Below, one piece after another: positions 57,202-64,000 of a stretch of DNA of 64,000 bases. The position numbers and the translations under genes were made by a program. The stretch comes from Lachnospiraceae bacterium (GTDB lineage: Bacteria; Bacteroidota; Bacteroidia; Bacteroidales; Bacteroidaceae). Positions within the stretch are counted from its first letter, which is position 1; each line of letters begins with the position of its first letter. Under the pieces are notes generated by a model that was given only the letters and a program-made list of their open reading frames with translations, was not told the DNA's origin and ran no database searches. Where the stretch lies: positions 8,091-72,090 of the forward strand of contig CAVAGT010000002.1 in NCBI GenBank assembly GCA_963588155.1, written 5' to 3'.

Positions 57202-57968
57202 TCTATAGTGGTGCCGCCATCGGAGCCTAACGCTTCCGCCTTTGTGATGATGACACGCCTCACGCCTTTATCCACGGCTGCAAGGGCGTTTTCTATCTTT
57301 GGTTTCATGCCGCCACTGATGGTGCCATTGGCGGTGAGCGCGGCGAAGTCGGCCTTGGTTATCACCGGTATCACGCTATTGTCGTCGTCGGGATTTGCGA
57401 GCACGCCAGCCTTCTCGAAACAATAAACAAGCGTAACATCAAAAAACGGGGTCAACGCCTTGGCCGTCTCCGCGGCTATGGTGTCGGCATTGGTATTGAG
57501 CAACGAGCCTTTGCCGTCGTGGGTAAGCGGTGCCATTACGGGTATGACCCCACGCTCAAGCAAGGAGGTCAAGGCCTGGCCGTCCACTTGGTCCACGTCT
57601 CCCACGAAACCGTAGTCGACGCCGTTTTTCAGCGGTCTGCGGTGACTGAGTATCACGTTCATGTCGGCTCCCGTCAATCCGAGCGCGTTGACGCCACGCG
57701 CCTGAAGGCGCGCCACCACGTTCTTGTTGACCAATCCACCGTAAACCATCGTCACCACCTCTAGCATGTCGGCATCGGTGACGCGCCTGCCATCCACCAT
57801 CTTCGTCTCTATGCCCAAGGCCGACGCCACTTTCGTAGCCCTTCTGCCTCCGCCATGGACAAGCACCTTGGGGCCGTCGATACTCGCGAAACGGCAAAGG
57901 AGATCGTTAAGGCGTGCCTCGTCTTCCACTATGGCTCCGCCAACCTTGATGACAGTAATATTCCGCAT
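57198..57968 (-). CDS. argB: acetylglutamate kinase
   Basis: VIKVGG, VHGGG, GRRVTD, LNTNADT, GGMKPK. Confidence 0.95.
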   Translation of the reverse strand: MRNITVIKVGGAIVEDEARLNDLLCRFASIDGPKVLVHGGGRRATKVASALGIETKMVDGRRVTDADMLEVVTMVYGGLVNKNVVARLQARGVNALGLTGADMNVILSHRRPLKNGVDYGFVGDVDQVDGQALTSLLERGVIPVMAPLTHDGKGSLLNTNADTIAAETAKALTPFFDVTLVYCFEKAGVLANPDDDNSVIPVITKADFAALTANGTISGGMKPKIENALAAVDKGVRRVIITKAEALGSDGGTTIE

Positions 57969-58029
57969 GGTCTTATTATTTTGATTATGGGATTGTGAAC
58001 AATGTTAAAGTGATAATCCAGCTATGCCC

Positions 58030-59922
58030 TTATTCGAGATAGGTGTAACCATAGAGCCCCGAGCGATAGGTGGCGAGGAACTCCTTGCCCTCGTCCAACG
58101 ACAACTTGCCTTCCTTCACGCCCTTGGTGACCCACTGCTCAAGCTGGCGCACGAGCTTCTTGGGGTTGTACTGCACATATTCGAGCACTTCCTCCACCGT
58201 CTCGCCGTCTATTATCTGGTCTATGTGGTAGCTGCCGTCTTTCACGGTGATATGAGCCGCCGTGGTGTCGCCGAAGAGGTTGTGCATGTCGCCAAGTATT
58301 TCCTGGTAAGCGCCCACAAGGAACGCACCGATATAGTATGGCTCATTCTTTCGCAGCACGTGTACGGGAAGCACATTGCTCTGTGAGCCTCCCACGGCGA
58401 AGTTGGCCACCTTGCCATCCGAGTCGCAGGTGATGTCCTGCAGGGTGCAGTTGCGCGTGGGCTGCTCGCCTAGCCGCTCGATAGGCATTATGGGGAAGAG
58501 CTGGTCGATGCCCCAACAGTCGGGTAGCGACTGGAAAAGCGAGAAGTTGCAGAAATACTTGTCGGCAAGCAGCGTGTTGAGCCCGCGAAGCTCGTCGGGC
58601 ACGTGCTTCATCCGCTTCGCCATGGAGTCTATCTCGTGGCAAACGCTCCAATACATTGCCTCCACCTCGGCACGCGTCTTGAGGTCCACCATGCCGTGGG
58701 CGAACATGTCGAGACAGTCCTCGCGTATCTGGTCGGCGTCGTGCCAATCCTCAAGCATCGACTTCGGGCTTATGTGACACCAAATCTCGTAAAGGTCGCG
58801 CACGAGCTGATGGTCCGACGGCTTGGCCTCAAACTCCTCGGGCATCTCCGGCAGCGACGCCACGCCAAGCACGTCGAGAACGAGCACCGAGTGGTGAGCT
58901 GCAAGCGAGCGTCCGCTCTCGGTTATGATATTGGGATGTGGAATGTCGTTCTTGTTGGCTATGTCTACGAAGGCGTACACGCAGTCGTTGATGTATTCCT
59001 GGATGGAATAGTTGACCGAGCTCTCCGAGTTGCTGGAGCGCGTGCCGTCGTAGTCGACACCAAGTCCGCCGCCACAGTCCACAAACTCTATGTTGTACCC
59101 CATCTTCCTCAGGTTGGCGTAATATTGCCCTGCCTCTGTCAAGGCGTTTTGTATGCGGCGTATCTTCGTTATCTGCGAGCCTATGTGGAAATGGATCAGC
59201 TTTATGCCTTCGTGCAAGCCATAGTCGTCGAGCTTGCGCAAGGCTTCCAACAGTTCGGACGGGGTGAGGCCGAACTTCGACGCGTCGCCGCCGCTCTCTG
59301 CCCACTTGCCTGAACCAGACGACGCCAGCTTGATGCGGATGCCAATGTTGGGCATCACCTTCAGCCGCTTGGCGGTCTTGGCTATGACATCTATCTCGTT
59401 GAGCTTCTCTACCACGATGAAGATGTGCTTGCCGAGTTTCTGCGCGAGTATGGCAAGCTCAATGTAGCTCTCGTCCTTGTAGCCGTTGCAGATGATGAGC
59501 GAGTCGCTCTTGCACTGTTGGGCTATCACGGCGTGGAGCTCCGGCTTGGAGCCAGCCTCCAGGCCAAGGTTGAACTTGCGGCCGTGAGACGTTATCTCGT
59601 CTACCACAGGCTGCATTTGGTTCACCTTGATAGGATAGATGACGAAGCTCTGGGCCTTGAAATCGTATTCCTTCTTGGCTTTCTCATAGCACGACGCCAT
59701 CTTCTCGATGCGGTTGTCGAGAATATCGGGAAAGCGCAGCAACACTGGAGGCGTGACATCGCGGAGCGCCAAGTCGTCCATGACCTCGCGCAAGTCTATC
59801 TTGACGTCGTTTTTCACTGGCGACACGTAGACGTGCCCTTTCTCGTTGATGCCAAAATATGAGGTACCCCAACCATTGATGTTGTAGAGTTCCTCAGAGT
59901 CTTCAATTGTCCATTTTTTCAT
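58030..59922 (-). CDS. speA: biosynthetic arginine decarboxylase
   Basis: YPIKVNQ, EAGSKPEL, HFHIGSQ, GGGLGVDYDG, TCDSDG, GAYQEILGDMHNLFG. Confidence 0.97.
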   Translation of the reverse strand: MKKWTIEDSEELYNINGWGTSYFGINEKGHVYVSPVKNDVKIDLREVMDDLALRDVTPPVLLRFPDILDNRIEKMASCYEKAKKEYDFKAQSFVIYPIKVNQMQPVVDEITSHGRKFNLGLEAGSKPELHAVIAQQCKSDSLIICNGYKDESYIELAILAQKLGKHIFIVVEKLNEIDVIAKTAKRLKVMPNIGIRIKLASSGSGKWAESGGDASKFGLTPSELLEALRKLDDYGLHEGIKLIHFHIGSQITKIRRIQNALTEAGQYYANLRKMGYNIEFVDCGGGLGVDYDGTRSSNSESSVNYSIQEYINDCVYAFVDIANKNDIPHPNIITESGRSLAAHHSVLVLDVLGVASLPEMPEEFEAKPSDHQLVRDLYEIWCHISPKSMLEDWHDADQIREDCLDMFAHGMVDLKTRAEVEAMYWSVCHEIDSMAKRMKHVPDELRGLNTLLADKYFCNFSLFQSLPDCWGIDQLFPIMPIERLGEQPTRNCTLQDITCDSDGKVANFAVGGSQSNVLPVHVLRKNEPYYIGAFLVGAYQEILGDMHNLFGDTTAAHITVKDGSYHIDQIIDGETVEEVLEYVQYNPKKLVRQLEQWVTKGVKEGKLSLDEGKEFLATYRSGLYGYTYLE

Positions 59923-60449
59923 TATACTCCCAATTCGCTGCGTATAGCGTCAACAGTTATTTTTATTTTTTCCTTATTGTCCATCAATGTCACGTCCACC
60001 ACGTGTTTCGCCTTTCCGTAGAATGGCTCGCGCTCCTTGAGCTGAGTCTCGATGAATGCCTTTACCTCATCGGGGGTCTTGTTGAGCAACAACGGCCTGA
60101 CGGTCTTCCCCATCTTGAGATGCTTGTAGAGCACGTCGGTGGAGCATTTCAGGTACACGGTCTCGCCCTGGCGGTTGATATAGTCGATGTTGTCGAAGAA
60201 GCAGGGCGTGCCTCCACCGCATGATATTATGACATTCTCAAACTCAGCTGCCTCGTGCAGCAGGTTGTGCTCTATCACGCGGAAGCCCTCCTCGCCCTTC
60301 TCGTCGAATATTTGCTTCACGGTGCAGTGCATGCGGGTCTCTATGTACCAATCGAGATCGTAGAATGGCAAGCCCAGCTCTTGGCTTAGGGCATGCCCGA
60401 CAGTCGTCTTCCCCGACCCCATGTATCCGATGATGATGATTCTCTTCAT
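59922..60449 (-). CDS. aroK: shikimate kinase
   Basis: GYMGSGKTT, DLD, GEEGFR, CGGG, RPLL. Confidence 0.95.
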   Translation of the reverse strand: MKRIIIIGYMGSGKTTVGHALSQELGLPFYDLDWYIETRMHCTVKQIFDEKGEEGFRVIEHNLLHEAAEFENVIISCGGGTPCFFDNIDYINRQGETVYLKCSTDVLYKHLKMGKTVRPLLLNKTPDEVKAFIETQLKEREPFYGKAKHVVDVTLMDNKEKIKITVDAIRSELGV

Positions 60450-60456
60450 GTCGCGG

Positions 60457-62790
60457 TCAGCTTCTGCGGCCCCTTCGTGGTTTTGGTTCCGGGGCGTTTT
60501 TCACGATGTCTGTGCACTCTTCATAAGACAGGTCTCCGGCGAGCGCGCGCTCATGAAGTTTCTTGTCTATGCGATAATTCTTGCCGTCGTAGGCAATATA
60601 TGGCCCGAAACGGCCCTTGAGCAACTCCATCTTGGCATCCTCGGCAAACGTCTTGATATGACGCTCTTTCTCCGCCTTGCGCTTGGCCTCGATAAGCTCT
60701 ATCGAGCGTTCGAGGGTTGTGGCCATGGGATCCTCGCCCTTGGGAATCGACACATACACCTTGTTGTGCAGCACGTAGGGGCCAAAGCGTCCCGCGCCGA
60801 TAGTAACGTCGAGACCCTCATACTTGCCCACCTTGCGCGGCAGCTTGAACAGTTCGAGCGCCTCGTCGAGGGTTATGGTCTCTATACTCTTGTCTTTTGG
60901 CATCTGCGCAAACTGGGGCTTCTCGTCGCCGCCAGCGGCGCCAATCTGCACCACGGGGCCGAAGCGTCCTATCTTCACGAACACGGGCTTGCCGCTCTTG
61001 GGGTCCACGCCTATCTGCCGTTCGCCTGCCTTATGCTCGGAACGCTGGTTGATGACCTTCTCCACTTGTGGCTCGAAATGGTCGTCAAACTTATGGAGCA
61101 TGTCTTTCCAGTCTTCCTTGCCCTCGGCAATGCGGTCGAAGTCGCCCTCCACCTTGGCAGTGAAGTTATAGTCCATTATCTCGGGGAAGTTGGTTTGCAG
61201 GAAGTCGTTCACCACGGTGCCTATGTCAGTGGGGATGAGCTTGCCGCGCTCCGAGCCGACGGACTCCACCTTTTTCTCCTGCGTCACGATGTCGCCCTCC
61301 AAGATGTCGATGATATAAGGGCGCTCCTTGCCTGGCTTGTCGCCCTTGACCACATACTCACGCTGCTGGATAGTGGAGATTGTTGGCGCATAGGTGGATG
61401 GGCGGCCGATGCCTAGCTCCTCCAACTTATGCACGAGGCTTGCCTCGGTGTATCGCGCCGGAGCTTGAGTAAAGCGCTCGGTGGCGGTGATGTTCTTGCG
61501 GTCGAGGCTGTCGCCAGCTTTCATGGCGGGCAGGGTGTTGGAGCCGTCTTGCTTGCCTTCCCGAGCATCGTCGTCGGTCGACTCGCGGTAAACCTTCAGG
61601 AAACCGTCGAACACCACCACTTCGCCGTTTGCCACGAAATGCTCAGGGCGGTTGTCGATGTTCACTACCGCCGTGGTCTTCTCTATCTTGGCCTCAGCCA
61701 TCTGCGAGGCTATGGTGCGCTTCCATATAAGGTCATAGAGCCGGCGCTCTTGCGTTGTCCACTCTCCGCCTTCGATATTGGCGAACGTCGGGCGGATGGC
61801 CTCGTGGGCCTCCTGCGCGCCCTTCGACTTGGTTTGGAACTCGCGGTTGTGGATGTATTTCTCACCAAAATCTTTCATTATCTCATCCTTGCAGGCGTTC
61901 AAGGCGAACGAAGACAAGTGCACGCTGTCGGTACGCATGTAGGTTATGCGTCCGCTCTCGTATAGCCTCTGGGCTATCATCATGGTCTGCGACACGGTGA
62001 AGCCGAGCTTGCGGGCAGCCTCTTGCTGCAAGGTGGAAGTGGTGAAAGGTGGCGCGGGCATGCGCTTCAGCGGCTTCTTGGTGATGTCGCCCACTACAAA
62101 CGTGGCGCCTTTGCAACTCTCAAGGAAAGCGCAGGCCTCATCATGGGTCTTGAAACGAGCGTCGAGCTCAGCCTTGACCTCGCTGCCGTCGCCAGGCACG
62201 CCAAACAGGGCGTTGACCCTGAAGAACGGCTCGCTCTGGAACTTCTGTACCTCGCGCTCGCGCTCAACAATGAGCTTCACAGCGACGCTCTGCACGCGAC
62301 CTGCCGAGAGGGCGGGCTTCACTTTGCGCCAAAGCACCGGTGAGAGCTTGAAGCCAACGATGCGGTCGAGCACGCGGCGCGCCTGCTGGGCGTCAACAAG
62401 GCTCATGTCGAGATGACGCGGATTGGCTATGGCCTTCAATATGGCGGGTTTGGTAATCTCATGGAAAACGATGCGTGATGTCTTTGCCTCGTCGAGGCCA
62501 AGCACTTCACACAAGTGCCAGCTTATGGCTTCTCCCTCGCGGTCCTCATCGGACGCAAGCCATACCTTCTTGGCACTCTTGGCGCTTTTCTTCAGTTCGG
62601 CGACAACCTTTTTCTTATCGTCAGGTATCTCATAGACAGGGGTCAACGTGTCTTTGCCCACGCTGAGCTCCTTCTTCTTCAAGTCGCGGATATGACCATA
62701 GCTGGACATCACTTTATAGTCCTTTCCAAGGAACTTCTCAATGGTCTTTGCCTTGGCCGGACTCTCTACTATTACTAAGTTGTCTTGCAT
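60457..62790 (-). CDS. topA: DNA topoisomerase I
   Basis: LVIVESPAKAKTI, DEDREGE, SAGRVQ, ITYMRTD, C-terminal GRFGPY repeats. -7 element TACTTTTG at 62834-62841. Confidence 0.97.
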   Translation of the reverse strand: MQDNLVIVESPAKAKTIEKFLGKDYKVMSSYGHIRDLKKKELSVGKDTLTPVYEIPDDKKKVVAELKKSAKSAKKVWLASDEDREGEAISWHLCEVLGLDEAKTSRIVFHEITKPAILKAIANPRHLDMSLVDAQQARRVLDRIVGFKLSPVLWRKVKPALSAGRVQSVAVKLIVEREREVQKFQSEPFFRVNALFGVPGDGSEVKAELDARFKTHDEACAFLESCKGATFVVGDITKKPLKRMPAPPFTTSTLQQEAARKLGFTVSQTMMIAQRLYESGRITYMRTDSVHLSSFALNACKDEIMKDFGEKYIHNREFQTKSKGAQEAHEAIRPTFANIEGGEWTTQERRLYDLIWKRTIASQMAEAKIEKTTAVVNIDNRPEHFVANGEVVVFDGFLKVYRESTDDDAREGKQDGSNTLPAMKAGDSLDRKNITATERFTQAPARYTEASLVHKLEELGIGRPSTYAPTISTIQQREYVVKGDKPGKERPYIIDILEGDIVTQEKKVESVGSERGKLIPTDIGTVVNDFLQTNFPEIMDYNFTAKVEGDFDRIAEGKEDWKDMLHKFDDHFEPQVEKVINQRSEHKAGERQIGVDPKSGKPVFVKIGRFGPVVQIGAAGGDEKPQFAQMPKDKSIETITLDEALELFKLPRKVGKYEGLDVTIGAGRFGPYVLHNKVYVSIPKGEDPMATTLERSIELIEAKRKAEKERHIKTFAEDAKMELLKGRFGPYIAYDGKNYRIDKKLHERALAGDLSYEECTDIVKNAPEPKPRRGRRS

Positions 62791-62940
62791 ATATAGCACA
62801 TTAATTAATAGCCTTCCTATCACAATTGGAGGGCAAAAGTAAACATTTCACTTGCCAATACATTATTATATACACAAGAATTTAGGTTTTTTAATATCTT
62901 CCTCACTTCATTCGTGTTCCATCGCCATCAAGACTTCCAT

Positions 62941-62970
62941 AAAAAACGCGCCAAGTTTCCACTTGACGCG
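62941..62970 (-). terminator. probable terminator after Nudix gene
   Basis: CGCG-CAAG...CTTG-CGCG stem followed by T6 on the minus strand. Confidence 0.55.
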
Positions 62971-62982
62971 CAATATATTGAC

Positions 62983-63504
62983 TTACTCTGACTGTCGCAG
63001 TATAACGGTTAGCGCATGGCGTATGGAGCGCATGCCAAACTGCTCGGTGTGAACTTCTTTCAATGGAATCCATTGGTAGGACGCGGCATCGTCGGCTGCC
63101 TTGAGGTTGGCATAGTCCTTGACCTTGCAACGGAAGAAGGAATCCATGGTGGGGATGTGGAAGCCCGAATAATAATATACGTTGGGGAAGCTGAAGAGAT
63201 ATTTCACCTCGGTCACTTCCAGGCCTGTCTCTTCCAAGACCTCGCGCTTCATGCCTTCCTCTGCCGTCTCGCCCATGTCGGCGAATCCGCCTGGAAGGTC
63301 AAGCGTTCCCTTTGCCGGCTCCTTCTTTCGCGTCAGCACGAGGAGCTCATTCTTGTCGTTAATGATAATCGCCGCGGTCGCCGCGCTAGGGTTGAGATAA
63401 TACTCAAAACCGCAATTCTCGCACTTCTTGCTCTTTTCGTCGTTATCGACAAAATGCTTGCTGCCACAAACCGGGCAGTACTTGAACTTTTCTAATGGAT
63501 GCAT
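62983..63504 (-). CDS. Nudix hydrolase with N-terminal zinc ribbon
   Basis: CPVCG...CENCG; Nudix box GGFADMGETAEEGMKREVLEETGL. Confidence 0.92.
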   Translation of the reverse strand: MHPLEKFKYCPVCGSKHFVDNDEKSKKCENCGFEYYLNPSAATAAIIINDKNELLVLTRKKEPAKGTLDLPGGFADMGETAEEGMKREVLEETGLEVTEVKYLFSFPNVYYYSGFHIPTMDSFFRCKVKDYANLKAADDAASYQWIPLKEVHTEQFGMRSIRHALTVILRQSE

Positions 63505-63637
63505 TGTTTATAAAAAGCAATAAATCATCTTTCACATCGCAAAGTTACTCAATTATCAAATAAAAACAAGGTTTTTATCCAACTATTTTTGGCAGGGTGC
63601 CCCACCGCGTGGCCTCCCGCATCCCGCGCGAGCGAGT

Positions 63638-64000
63638 TTATAACATCGACTTCAGTTCGGCGTCGATATTCTTTATCTGCGCGTCGCGCTTCTGAAGCAC
63701 GTTGTTCTTGTCGATGAGGAAGAACGTGGGCACCTGCTGCACGTTATACTCCGAAGCCGCCATGGCACTTCCGTTGGCGTCGCGCACGCATACCCAAGGC
63801 AATGCGGCAACCTGCTCCTTCCAGAAGTGCTCGTCGGAGTCGAGGCTCACCTGGTAAATCTCCAGGCCCTGAGCATGATACTTGTTGTAAAGGTCGCGAA
63901 GCCACATTATGCGCTGCGTGCTGTTCTTGGAGGCGAAGACGTGGAAATCGAGAAGCACCACCTTGCCCTTCAAGCTCGTCAGCTTTCTCGTGACACCCTC
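63638..64000 (-). CDS. TlpA/AhpC-TSA thioredoxin-like domain protein, C-terminal part (5' end outside window)
   Basis: LTSLKGKVVLLDF, GLEIYQVSLD, YNVQQVPTFFLID; frame is open to the window edge. Confidence 0.82.
   Translation of the reverse strand, partial: EGVTRKLTSLKGKVVLLDFHVFASKNSTQRIMWLRDLYNKYHAQGLEIYQVSLDSDEHFWKEQVAALPWVCVRDANGSAMAASEYNVQQVPTFFLIDKNNVLQKRDAQIKNIDAELKSML

Noticed and set aside
63592..63620. GCAGGGTGCCCCACCGCGTGGCCTCCC as a fourth REP-like copy
   Set aside because: Shares only the GCAGGG start and GC richness; too divergent to assign by eye.

Overview
A 64-kb chromosomal segment of a Bacteroidales bacterium, most likely Prevotellaceae. The evidence is TAnnTTTG/TTTG promoters, SusC/SusD pairs, and Bacteroidales-type gene order such as hup-rhomboid-EEP-secDF and topA-aroK-speA-argB-ECF sigma. 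Housekeeping blocks (dprA, Ca-type P-ATPase, ribF, mutS, secDF, hup, parE, topA, speA, argB, aroK) alternate with accessory blocks. The accessory blocks are three SusC/SusD pairs, a probable beta-1,3-glucan PUL (SusC-SusD-SGBP-B-GH16-GH3), a second GH3, an AT-rich MntA/HepT toxin-antitoxin module and a stand-alone VapE-like ATPase. The most interesting region is 17.6-23.4 kb: a TonB-dependent receptor, two DUF4374 (XusB-like) lipoproteins and an exported nitroreductase, preceded by a ~210-nt leader that folds by eye into a four-way-junction RNA I cannot assign to a known riboswitch. Also notable are an unannotated 30-aa hydrophobic peptide gene with its own promoter and terminator, and two dispersed intergenic repeat families (a 4x22-bp palindromic module in 3 copies; a GCAGGGGCGGGCCC REP-like unit in 3 copies). 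All calls are from reading the sequence by eye; no database search or folding program was run. No rRNA, tRNA, CRISPR array or transposase was seen.
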